Positions 46,194 to 54,737 of a stretch of 64,000 nucleotides of DNA are shown here, piece by piece. The stretch covers positions 28,464-92,463 of the IMG/VR virus record IMGVR_UViG_3300047160_019164. The stretch is one strand, 5' to 3'. The DNA is from a virus. The notes under the pieces are model-generated. The model was not told the DNA's origin. It worked only from the letters and a program-made list of their open reading frames with translations, and ran no database searches. Numbering within the stretch: the stretch's first letter is position 1; each line of letters starts with the position of its first letter. The translations under genes were made by a program, and so were the position numbers.

Positions 46194-47102
46194 ATGTCGA
46201 ACGAGCCCGTCATCGAATCCGCACCGAAGAAGAGCCAGCGGGGCAAGGGGTACATCCCCAACACGCCCGCGCAGCGTGCCGGCATCAAGACCAGCAAGCA
46301 TCTCCTCGGTGCGCCGGCTCGATTGCCGTCGAGCATCGACTACAGCGACCTCATCCTCATCGAAGACCAGGCCGACAGTTCGGCGTGCGTGGGCGAAGCG
46401 AATGCTCAGGCGTGTCGCGCGCGCCTGCTCAAGATGACCGGTTACTCTGCCGGCGACTTCACCCACGTGCCGAAGTATTCGGTCCTCGGCATCTACGGTG
46501 GTGCGCGCACGCTCGGGCGTGGCGACAAGAAGATCCCGCTGACGGACGACGGTTGCCAGCCCATCGACGCAGTCACCTTCATGCAGGAGTATGGGGTGCC
46601 GCATGATGCCACCTGGCCGTTCGATCTCAGCAAGGTCAACGCGGAGCTGCCGCTCGACGTGCTCGAGGATGCCAGCGGCTTCGAAGTCACCGGCCACTAC
46701 GCCGTCGACACCATCCCCGAGCAACGCGCGCAAGAAATCATGCATGCGCTCTCGGAAGGCTACTTCCCGGTGTTCGGCACCGCGGCGGACATGGCCTTCG
46801 AAGAGGTGTCGAACGGCAACATCATCGATCGTGCCAAGGGCAACATCCTCGGTGGGCACATGATGATGTTCTGTGGCTACGACACGTCGTACGCTGGGAG
46901 CGTCGCCTTCCGCATCGTCAACTCGTGGGGCACGTCGTGGGGCGACCACGGCTTCGGCAACGTGAGTACCGACTTCATCACCGATCCGCGCCTCGGCGAC
47001 ATCGAGGTCATCACACTTGGTCCGGTGAACCCGTCGCTCGACACCAACGGTGACCCCATCAAGCGCAGCCTCAAGCGACTCCAAGCGCAGAAGGCGGCCT
47101 GA
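46194..47102 (+). CDS. Papain-like (C1A) cysteine peptidase
   Basis: 'LPSSID..DQ..SAC' (Q/C), 'GGHMMMFCGYD' (H), 'IVNSWGTSWGDHGFG' (N). Confidence 0.88.
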   Translation: MSNEPVIESAPKKSQRGKGYIPNTPAQRAGIKTSKHLLGAPARLPSSIDYSDLILIEDQADSSACVGEANAQACRARLLKMTGYSAGDFTHVPKYSVLGIYGGARTLGRGDKKIPLTDDGCQPIDAVTFMQEYGVPHDATWPFDLSKVNAELPLDVLEDASGFEVTGHYAVDTIPEQRAQEIMHALSEGYFPVFGTAADMAFEEVSNGNIIDRAKGNILGGHMMMFCGYDTSYAGSVAFRIVNSWGTSWGDHGFGNVSTDFITDPRLGDIEVITLGPVNPSLDTNGDPIKRSLKRLQAQKAA

Positions 47103-47110
47103 GGTAACCC

Positions 47111-47710
47111 ATGGCCCTTTGGACAGTTCTCGCCAACTTCACGGACCAGACTAACGGCAACCTCTTCACCAAAGGGCAAGTCGTCAGCGACGCGATCGTC
47201 GATATCACGGGGCTCAAGGCCAAAGGGGCACGATTCGCACAGGTCGGTGAGCTGAGCAGTCTTTGGGTTACCACGCCGCTCGGGAAAACCATCCCCGTAC
47301 TTACGACAGAAGACGGGAAGCTCATCGTCGATTCTTCATCGACCGCTATCGACGCAGCTACTTCCGTTTCGATGTTGGCACTCGGTAAGAGCCTCGTCGT
47401 TTCGGCTGCTTCGGCGACACTTCTCGCGGCGGCAGCAACGATCGACTCGAGCGCACCGACTGCGACTTATTACGTGCAGGTCATCGATTCGGCAGCGGCG
47501 GTCGATGGTAGTAGTGCGATCGTCGCTCTTGCGCGGCCGATCAAGGTTCAGCATGTTGTCGGCGTCGACGACTACGTGTCCTTCGCCGATAGTCTTCCCG
47601 TGGTGGGCGTCGCAGCGGCGAACGGCATCGTTATCCAGCTTTCGACGACGCTCGGAACTGGCACTCTTGTCGGCGGTAATTACCTGCTTGCCAATGGAGC
47701 GAAGAAGTGA
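47111..47710 (+). CDS. Putative virion structural protein
   Basis: GAGG RBS; Ala/Val/Ser/Thr-rich beta composition. Confidence 0.5.
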   Translation: MALWTVLANFTDQTNGNLFTKGQVVSDAIVDITGLKAKGARFAQVGELSSLWVTTPLGKTIPVLTTEDGKLIVDSSSTAIDAATSVSMLALGKSLVVSAASATLLAAAATIDSSAPTATYYVQVIDSAAAVDGSSAIVALARPIKVQHVVGVDDYVSFADSLPVVGVAAANGIVIQLSTTLGTGTLVGGNYLLANGAKK

Positions 47711-49257
47711 GCGGCAATAGCAACGCAGTTCGTCGCGCGATTGTCGACGGCGATATTGCTTCATCGGCGGGCATCGCTGGTTCGAAGCTTGGAGATCGCG
47801 ACCCCAAACTAGCGCCGTCGCGGATCAAGATCCTGCCGGCCGGTCATTCATTCGTTACCGGCTCGTCGCCTGCACCAGGAGGTCTGAACATCGCGCTCTC
47901 GCGCGTGCTCGATGAAGCGGGCTTCGATTACGACATCGTCGGGCCATATTCGCAACTGAACAACGTTTCTGTCGGGCGCGCCGACTCCTGCTTTCCACGG
48001 CACGGAGGTCACGCGGGCGACACCACCGAGCAAACTACGACGTTGTTCGCGCCGGGCGGAGCGATCGCGACCTACATCGCCGCGAATGGTCAGCCGGACA
48101 TCGTGACGCTCGACGTTGCTGTGAACAACTGCGCGGCGGGCGAGAGCGCGGCGTCGATGACGACGAAGGATGCCGCGCTCCTCGCGCAGGTTCGCGCGAC
48201 TTGTCCGAGCGCGCTCGTGCTCTTCATCGCGGAACCTCACCTCTATTCGCCCGTGTCTCCGGCGGGGGGGCTCTCCGCGGCGAATGCTGCGATGGACGCA
48301 AGGAACGCGTCCCTCGCATCTGTCGTGGCAGCCGACGCGCTCGCCGACGTCGTCGATGGATCGTCATTGCTCCTCGGCGACATCAGTACGGTCGATGGTA
48401 CGCACCCGACGCCCAGTGGCCAGGCGATTCGTGGTCGCGCAATAGGCGATCGGATTCTCCGGTATGTTCCGGGCCGGTTTGGGCGGCGGCATCCGCGCGA
48501 CTTCCGGCTCCGCCCCAATGTCGCAATGGCGCAACTCGTGTCGAAGGCGGCCGACACGATGGCGAGCAACTCTGCCGATGTCGGATTCCAGCTCCCGGCG
48601 GGAAACTTCGCCGTCATGCTCGACTTCGAGCCGTCGGACCTCGCGCAGGCGGGTGGAACGACGCCGATCTTGCAATCGACGCCGTCGGGTCAGAACTACT
48701 CGCACGGCTGGCTCATCGCGCATGACAGCGTCAATGGGAACTTCAACGTTTATCTGAAGAGCCTCTCCGGTCAACTGTCGTGCAAGTCGCCGCTCGTCGC
48801 GAACACCCGATACAAGCTCATGGTTCATGGTGACCGCGCCAATGGCATTGTCTCGGCGTGGCTCGCCTATCGACCGAACCTCAGTGGCGCCCGCGTCGTC
48901 GTTGGGTGCTTCGGTTTCGCCTCCGGCGTTTCGGCCTGGGCCGCGGGCGACGCGAACCCGATCCTGAGCGTCGGAAAGAACCCGTCATTCGGTGGTTTCG
49001 CCGGCTACTTCGGCGGGATCGAGTTCTTTTCTGGTTCCGCGGTTCCGCCCTTCGGGGTCGACGTGCGCAACGCCTTCCTCGACGCCGTCTACGACGGTCG
49101 CACGATGTTCCCGGGCGCTCGCACCGGCTTCGTCCCGGTGACGGAGGGGTCCGGGACCGCCGTCGCCTCCGGCATGAGCGGCATCGCGTACACGCTCGCG
49201 GGCGGCACGACGGCATGGAGAGCGGCAGCGAGCGACTCGGCGTGGTGGGGCGAATAG
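47707..49257 (+). CDS. SGNH/GDSL hydrolase plus LamG-like domain protein (putative tailspike esterase)
   Basis: 'ILPAGHSFVTG', 'HGGHAG', 'PDIV..VNN', 'DGTHP..GQ'; C-terminal beta-sandwich. Confidence 0.7.
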   Translation: MSGNSNAVRRAIVDGDIASSAGIAGSKLGDRDPKLAPSRIKILPAGHSFVTGSSPAPGGLNIALSRVLDEAGFDYDIVGPYSQLNNVSVGRADSCFPRHGGHAGDTTEQTTTLFAPGGAIATYIAANGQPDIVTLDVAVNNCAAGESAASMTTKDAALLAQVRATCPSALVLFIAEPHLYSPVSPAGGLSAANAAMDARNASLASVVAADALADVVDGSSLLLGDISTVDGTHPTPSGQAIRGRAIGDRILRYVPGRFGRRHPRDFRLRPNVAMAQLVSKAADTMASNSADVGFQLPAGNFAVMLDFEPSDLAQAGGTTPILQSTPSGQNYSHGWLIAHDSVNGNFNVYLKSLSGQLSCKSPLVANTRYKLMVHGDRANGIVSAWLAYRPNLSGARVVVGCFGFASGVSAWAAGDANPILSVGKNPSFGGFAGYFGGIEFFSGSAVPPFGVDVRNAFLDAVYDGRTMFPGARTGFVPVTEGSGTAVASGMSGIAYTLAGGTTAWRAAASDSAWWGE

Positions 49258-49395
49258 GGCGACGCCGTTGCCCACAGCGGATTCGCGTGCGATCGTCGTG
49301 GGCATATCGCGGCGCACGCGTCGGTCTCGTCGTTGGCGACCTACTGCGCGAGGTCGGATTGTCTCGTGTAGTGGGAGCTGACGAGGAGAGAACTA

Positions 49396-49785
49396 ATGGA
49401 AAAGCTTTCGAAGTCGCTGGTCGTGATGTTGTCATGCGTGGTGGGTGGCTACATGCTGGTGACGGCATGCAAAGACCCCGCAGTGCCCCCCAACGATGCC
49501 GACGCGGCATCTTGCTCGTCCTGTCCTCCATGCAGTATCGGTGCGGCTCCGTGCCATACAACGGATGCCGATGCGCCTTTCCCGAACACCATGAGCGGGC
49601 AAGCGTGCGCCAAGCTCGAATCGCTCGGGTGTCCTGAAGCGCACCCCCCGACGGGCGAAGGGTGCGTTGGCGTGCTCGACAAGACCCTGAAGGACAAGGT
49701 CTTCAGTATCGATGTCCAGTGCATCCTCAGCGCGCCGAACGTGCAGAGCGTTCGTACTTGCGGCGTTCGGTGTCAGACGGAGTAG
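49396..49785 (+). CDS. Cys-rich putative lipoprotein
   Basis: GAGGAG RBS; hydrophobic N-terminus and lipobox-like VTAC. Confidence 0.55.
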   Translation: MEKLSKSLVVMLSCVVGGYMLVTACKDPAVPPNDADAASCSSCPPCSIGAAPCHTTDADAPFPNTMSGQACAKLESLGCPEAHPPTGEGCVGVLDKTLKDKVFSIDVQCILSAPNVQSVRTCGVRCQTE

Positions 49786-49977
49786 AATCTCCGTCAAGGT
49801 GGAGCATCACAGCAAGCATCAGACGCGGCATCAGGACGGGAAGTTTCGCGAACGCCAGAAGCCGCACAAGAACCTGAATGGCGCGCGTGAATTCGCGCGC
49901 CGCGCTACTCCTACGGAATCGACCATTGCGTCGACACCCGTAGGAGACACTGGCACCACGCCGACCGAAGGAGGTTC

Positions 49978-51150
49978 TTGATGTCCTCGATGCCGATGAC
50001 GGGTCCTGGTGCGTTCGTCGCGTTCCCTTCGATGATGGGTGGTTACGACGCCATCATCGATCGAGCCGCAGACCTCGGGCTCAAGTGGTTGGCACCACGC
50101 GGTGCAGACCGTGGGCGTGACCAGAACTGGACGACCCCGAAGGCCGTGCATGCGGTGGCCAAGGCCAAGAGCCTCGGCATTGCGATGTACCCATGGGTTT
50201 ACAGCCGACCGGACGCCGTCACCTCCGAGATCGAGTGCATCCGGCAGTTCATCCTCGAAGGTGCTGCCGGTGCCATCATCGATGGTGAAGATCCGTGGGT
50301 GAGCGGAACGAACCACGTGCTCGAAGGTCAGAAGAAGCAACTCGCCGTCCGCTACATGGGTTCGTTGCGGCAGATCCTCCCGGATGTGTTCGTCGCGCAT
50401 TGCCCGTATGCCTACCCGGCCTTCCATACGGACTTTCCGTACGTGGAATTCGGGCAGGGCTGCGACATGGTGATGCCGCAGTTGTATTGGACCGAATTCA
50501 ATGATGCCGGCTTTCAGAAGCACTTCGACGTCGCGAAGAAGCAGTGGGCCAACTTCAATGCGAAGAACCCCAATGCCAACAAGCCGGTCGCGTACATTGG
50601 CAATACGTACGGTCACGAGCTGAAGGGTGTGCTCAATCCGCCGCCTGGTGAGATGCACGTGAGCGACTTCGATGCGTACGTGAGGGCGATGCAGTCGATT
50701 CAGAACTGCACGCCGCTTTACTCGCTCGAGGCTTCGAAGAAGGAAGTGCTCGAGGAGATGATGCGGTTGTGGGGTCATCCGAGCGACGTACCACCTCCCA
50801 TCATCTTCGAGATCGGCGACGTCGCTGGGCGCAAGGTGGTTCAAGGCGAGTTGGCGGCCGAAGGCTTCGACGTGGGTAACGCCGACGGTGTGTTCGGCTC
50901 GCGCACAACAGCAGCCATCTGCGCGTTCCAGGCGAAGCACGGGCTCGACGTCGATGGCACCATCGGTCCCAAGACGCTCGCTGCGCTCATGTTGGCGTAC
51001 AACGATCGAACCAAGTCGGCGTACAACCTGTCGCTCAAGTGGGGTGCGTCGGCGATGGACGAACGCGAAGCGGAGATGGCAATGTGGGACCGTCGGCCGT
51101 TCGGGTTGCGCGACTTCTGCACACAAGAGACACAGGTCGGGGTGGAGTGA
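49978..51150 (+). CDS. Putative endolysin (TIM-barrel glycoside-hydrolase-like domain plus peptidoglycan-binding domain)
   Basis: 'IIDGE', 'MPQLYW'; PG_binding_1 'GFDVGNADGVFGSRTTAAICAFQAKHGLDVDGTIGPKT'. Confidence 0.75.
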   Translation: MMSSMPMTGPGAFVAFPSMMGGYDAIIDRAADLGLKWLAPRGADRGRDQNWTTPKAVHAVAKAKSLGIAMYPWVYSRPDAVTSEIECIRQFILEGAAGAIIDGEDPWVSGTNHVLEGQKKQLAVRYMGSLRQILPDVFVAHCPYAYPAFHTDFPYVEFGQGCDMVMPQLYWTEFNDAGFQKHFDVAKKQWANFNAKNPNANKPVAYIGNTYGHELKGVLNPPPGEMHVSDFDAYVRAMQSIQNCTPLYSLEASKKEVLEEMMRLWGHPSDVPPPIIFEIGDVAGRKVVQGELAAEGFDVGNADGVFGSRTTAAICAFQAKHGLDVDGTIGPKTLAALMLAYNDRTKSAYNLSLKWGASAMDEREAEMAMWDRRPFGLRDFCTQETQVGVE

Positions 51151-51302
51151 TGCTCGTCGAAGAGAAGCGCAAGTTCGATTGGGAAGCGTCGGTGTTTCCC
51201 ATTACGGTCGTGGTGGTATTCCTCGTCGTCACGTTCTGGATGGTGTTCGACACCTTGCCCTGACCTTGCTTTCGAGTGCGGAGCCGCATAACGCTCCACG
51301 CC

Positions 51303-51797
51303 ATGAAGGCCCAACTACTCGCTCTTGTCCTACGGCTCATCGCCGCACAGCTCTACGTCGCGAAGCTTTCTACGCTTCCCGAGCCCGTCGCTTACATGGA
51401 CGGGGCCATCGACGATGTCTTGAGCTTCACGGTGGACCCCACGTGGACACGCCTACTCATCGTATGGGCGTTCCACGAGAGCGCGCTCCGTGCGAATCCC
51501 CCTGGTTCCAACGACAAGGGGCACGCGTGCGGCGCATTGCAGGTGCATGTCGACTCGTTGCCGGAAGGGTGGCTCCCGCCCGCATGGACGTGCGCACGTC
51601 TGCGTGCAGACCGTCGTCTTGGTCTTCTGGCGGGATACATCGTGATGGGCAACCTGATGGGCAAGTGCGGAAGTGCTGCGGCAGGGCTCACCGCATTCGT
51701 ATCCGATGGCCAGTGTCACAAGAGCACTTACGAGATCGTGCGCGTGAGGTGCGTAGAGGCAGGTCTCACCAGCGAGTGCGAGCTGCCGAAGAAGTGA
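51303..51797 (+). CDS. Lysozyme-like/SLT transglycosylase domain protein
   Basis: N-terminal hydrophobic segment; 'WAFHESAL', 'GALQVH'. Confidence 0.55.
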   Translation: MKAQLLALVLRLIAAQLYVAKLSTLPEPVAYMDGAIDDVLSFTVDPTWTRLLIVWAFHESALRANPPGSNDKGHACGALQVHVDSLPEGWLPPAWTCARLRADRRLGLLAGYIVMGNLMGKCGSAAAGLTAFVSDGQCHKSTYEIVRVRCVEAGLTSECELPKK

Positions 51798-51803
51798 CTC
51801 TTG

Positions 51804-51821
51804 CCGCACGGCGCCGTGCGG
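51804..51821. repeat. Palindrome copy 16 (18-bp core)
   Basis: CCGCACGGCGCCGTGCGG. Confidence 0.9.
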
Positions 51822-51852
51822 TGGCATTCTCCCTCGACTGGAGGCGCAATCC

Positions 51853-52404
51853 ATGTCGAGTGTTCACATCGTCATCGAAGACCCGAGCAACACCTATTGG
51901 GAGGGGTCGCTCGTCGAATCCATTCAAGCGCGCAAGCTCGCGCTCGCAGGGGTGGCTCTGCTCCCCGTGGAGCCTAACCTCTTTCGGCTCTCGTCCATCG
52001 CCGGCTACACGAAACGTGCATGGGGTGCAGGCGTGTCGCTCGCCAGCCAAGCGGCGACGCACGTGGCACCGCTCACGCTCTTCGCAGTCCCCGGCTTTGC
52101 GACGCTCCATTGGGCGGCACGCTTGGTGAAGGACGAAGCCCTCCAACATGTAAAGGGCTACAACGGGCTCATCCGCATTGCGAACGACACGCAACAACCT
52201 GGCGTGAAGACGTCCGGGTTGTTGAACATGCTCCAGGCACCGCCGGAGTTGTCCGAGTTAGGCGAGCCCGACGAGCGTGGTGGTTGGAACATCGGCGGGT
52301 CGTACCGCATCGGGGTGCCCGATGCCGCCTTCATGGGCCTGTCGCTCTTCGGGACGGCTCCCGGTCTCCGTCTGGTGTGGCTTGCTGCCACGCAATGCGA
52401 ATGA
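51853..52404 (+). CDS. Hypothetical protein
   Basis: GGAGG RBS. Confidence 0.55.
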   Translation: MSSVHIVIEDPSNTYWEGSLVESIQARKLALAGVALLPVEPNLFRLSSIAGYTKRAWGAGVSLASQAATHVAPLTLFAVPGFATLHWAARLVKDEALQHVKGYNGLIRIANDTQQPGVKTSGLLNMLQAPPELSELGEPDERGGWNIGGSYRIGVPDAAFMGLSLFGTAPGLRLVWLAATQCE

Positions 52405-52682
52405 GCCGGTTGCAAGACTTGGTGGGCTGGGCGCTCATCAACATCGGGCAACGAATCGTTCAAGCGGGTGCGTGGTGCATCGGTGGGCATGCCGAGGTTG
52501 TGGAGTACGACCGCAAGTTCGAATTCGGTGAAGACGAACCCGAGGCACCGCAACCAATGCCCGCGGTCAAGATGAGCGACGTCGCTAAGGGCATGGTCCA
52601 TCGACCCGTACCACCCGTGAAGGTCGAAGAAGCACCGCAACCGCTGAAGGGCAGCCTCGCCGACAGACGTCGAAGAGGGTGA
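52401..52682 (+). CDS. Hypothetical protein
   Basis: ATGA coupling. Confidence 0.5.
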   Translation: MSRLQDLVGWALINIGQRIVQAGAWCIGGHAEVVEYDRKFEFGEDEPEAPQPMPAVKMSDVAKGMVHRPVPPVKVEEAPQPLKGSLADRRRRG

Positions 52683-52695
52683 TAGAAAAGGGGGC

Positions 52696-54540
52696 ATGGC
52701 TCCCACCGCGCGTTCGCTCTCGCTCGCCAGCAACAACCCCAACCCTCAGCAGACGAGCATCAAGCGACCGAAGAACGACGTGCTGCCGCTGTCGGCCCGG
52801 AACATGTTCGACAATGAACGGTTCCGTGAGCTGGCGCGGCGGCAGTCGTACTACGACTGCACGCAACACGACACGAAGCGGTTCGACTTCGATGGGCGCA
52901 TCATCCCCATCACTGGCAACACCGCGAACTATAACGTCAGCGGGGAGAAGTTTGGCGGCTACGTGCCGCTGAAGATGCGGCGCCCGAGTGCGCCCTACCG
53001 ACTCGGGCGCGCGTTCGTGAGCGCGTTCACGAACCTGCTCTTCGGCGAGCAGCGCTTCCCTCTCATTCGCACCGAAGGCGACCCCAAGAGCCAGGACTTT
53101 CATCAGACGCTCGCCAAGGTGAGTCAGCTCCCGGTGAAGATGATCCGCGCGCGCAACATTGGCGGCTCGGTCGGGACAGCGGGCTTGTCGTGGGCGTTCA
53201 TCGATGGGAAGCCGCGCGTGAATGTGCACAACGGGAAGAACCTGTTCGTGCACGAGTGGGAAGATCGCGACCAGCTCGTGCCCGCGCACTTGAGCGAATT
53301 CTACATGTTCTTCAAGGACGAGATCGATCCGCTCAAGCGGCGCATCGTCCGCAATCAGTACATCTATCGGCGCGACTGGTCGCTCGATGAAGAGATCGTC
53401 TTCAAACCGGTGAAGTTCGAACCCGGCATCGAGTTGCTGTGGCAGCCCGATCGATGGGTTACGCACAACGACGGCATCTGCCACTTCGTGTGGATTCAGA
53501 ACATGCCGCATGAGGAAGTCGACGGGCTCCCCGACTACCACGGGTTGTACGAGAACTTCGATGACCTCGACATCTTGCTCTCCGTCATCACGCGCGGTGC
53601 GGTCCTCAACTTGGACCCTACGCTCAAGCTCAAGATGGACATCGAGCAGGTCATCCGCATGGGCGTGAAGAAGGGTAGCGACAACGCGCTCGCAGTCGGT
53701 AAGGAAGGCGACGCGGCGTACCTCGAACTGGCCGGCACCAGCATCACGGCGGGCATTGGGCTGTTCAACGCGAAGCGGAACCTCGTTCTCGAAACGGGCG
53801 AGTGTGTGTTTCCCGACCCCGACAAGGTGGCAGCGGGTGGGCTCTCGTCCGTGGCGCAGAAGGCTATGTACCAGCGCATGCTTGGTAAGGGCGACATCAT
53901 GCGCGAGCAGTACGGCACGGTCATCGAGCGACTCATCGAGCAGATGAGTCGTGTGGCACGCGCTAACTACGGCCAATCCATCGAGAATGAGGAAGACGTC
54001 GACGAGACCAACGAAGGCACCGATCAGGACGAAGGCAGCGCGGCGGTCGGCAAGAGTGACAAGCAAACGTGGACGCTGGTGCTGCCACCGAAGGTGACCA
54101 AGGAGCAGCCCATCGACCCGGAGACGGGTGCGCTGGACCACGACGCCGAACCCATCATCACCAAGGAAGAGCGTGAGCCGGGCGAAGGTGGCGACGTGCA
54201 TGCGAAGTGGGGACCGTGGTTTCCCCCTACGCCCGACGATCGTGCCAAGGAAGCCACCACGCTCCAGATTGCGACCGGGATGCAGCCCTTCATCTCGACA
54301 CAGACCGCGACCGAGCAGATGGCGCAGCTCTACGGCATCGAGCCCGAAGAGGAGTTGCTGCGCGTGTCGTCCGACAAGAAGGTCGCTGACGCCAAACAGG
54401 CGCAGATGTTCGCCGACAAGAACGGTGCGATGGGTGGCAAGCCTCCACCCTTCAGCAAGAAACCCGCTGACGACGAAGAACCGCCGCCGAACCAGGAGAA
54501 GCCCGACACCGACGAGAAGCCCGAAGGGACCAACCCGTGA
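52696..54540 (+). CDS. Portal protein
   Basis: 614 aa ahead of the MuF/scaffold/capsid genes; SPP1-like 'FTNLLFG', 'SSVAQKAMYQRM', 'ISTQTA', acidic tail. Confidence 0.8.
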   Translation: MAPTARSLSLASNNPNPQQTSIKRPKNDVLPLSARNMFDNERFRELARRQSYYDCTQHDTKRFDFDGRIIPITGNTANYNVSGEKFGGYVPLKMRRPSAPYRLGRAFVSAFTNLLFGEQRFPLIRTEGDPKSQDFHQTLAKVSQLPVKMIRARNIGGSVGTAGLSWAFIDGKPRVNVHNGKNLFVHEWEDRDQLVPAHLSEFYMFFKDEIDPLKRRIVRNQYIYRRDWSLDEEIVFKPVKFEPGIELLWQPDRWVTHNDGICHFVWIQNMPHEEVDGLPDYHGLYENFDDLDILLSVITRGAVLNLDPTLKLKMDIEQVIRMGVKKGSDNALAVGKEGDAAYLELAGTSITAGIGLFNAKRNLVLETGECVFPDPDKVAAGGLSSVAQKAMYQRMLGKGDIMREQYGTVIERLIEQMSRVARANYGQSIENEEDVDETNEGTDQDEGSAAVGKSDKQTWTLVLPPKVTKEQPIDPETGALDHDAEPIITKEEREPGEGGDVHAKWGPWFPPTPDDRAKEATTLQIATGMQPFISTQTATEQMAQLYGIEPEEELLRVSSDKKVADAKQAQMFADKNGAMGGKPPPFSKKPADDEEPPPNQEKPDTDEKPEGTNP

Positions 54541-54737
54541 AGCGCTTCGTGATGAACGTTTTCAAGCTACCACGCGAGAAGGTCTTCGATTACATCGCGA
54601 CGAGCCCCGAATTCCCCGACATCCAGTGGACGGGCAAGACGCGCGAAGAAGCCGTGACGCACTTCTGTGCGTTCGTACAGCAGTTCTTCCCCAAAGAGCA
54701 ACTCGAACCCATCATCAACGAACACGACGCCACGTAA
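54537..54737 (+). CDS. Small hypothetical protein
   Basis: Coupled on both sides (GTGA, TAATG). Confidence 0.5.
   Translation: MKRFVMNVFKLPREKVFDYIATSPEFPDIQWTGKTREEAVTHFCAFVQQFFPKEQLEPIINEHDAT

Noticed and set aside
54128-54736. 851-aa ORF start given in the ORF track for MuF
   Set aside because: The upstream part overlaps the portal gene and a small ORF; ATG54737 (TAATG coupling) is the plausible start
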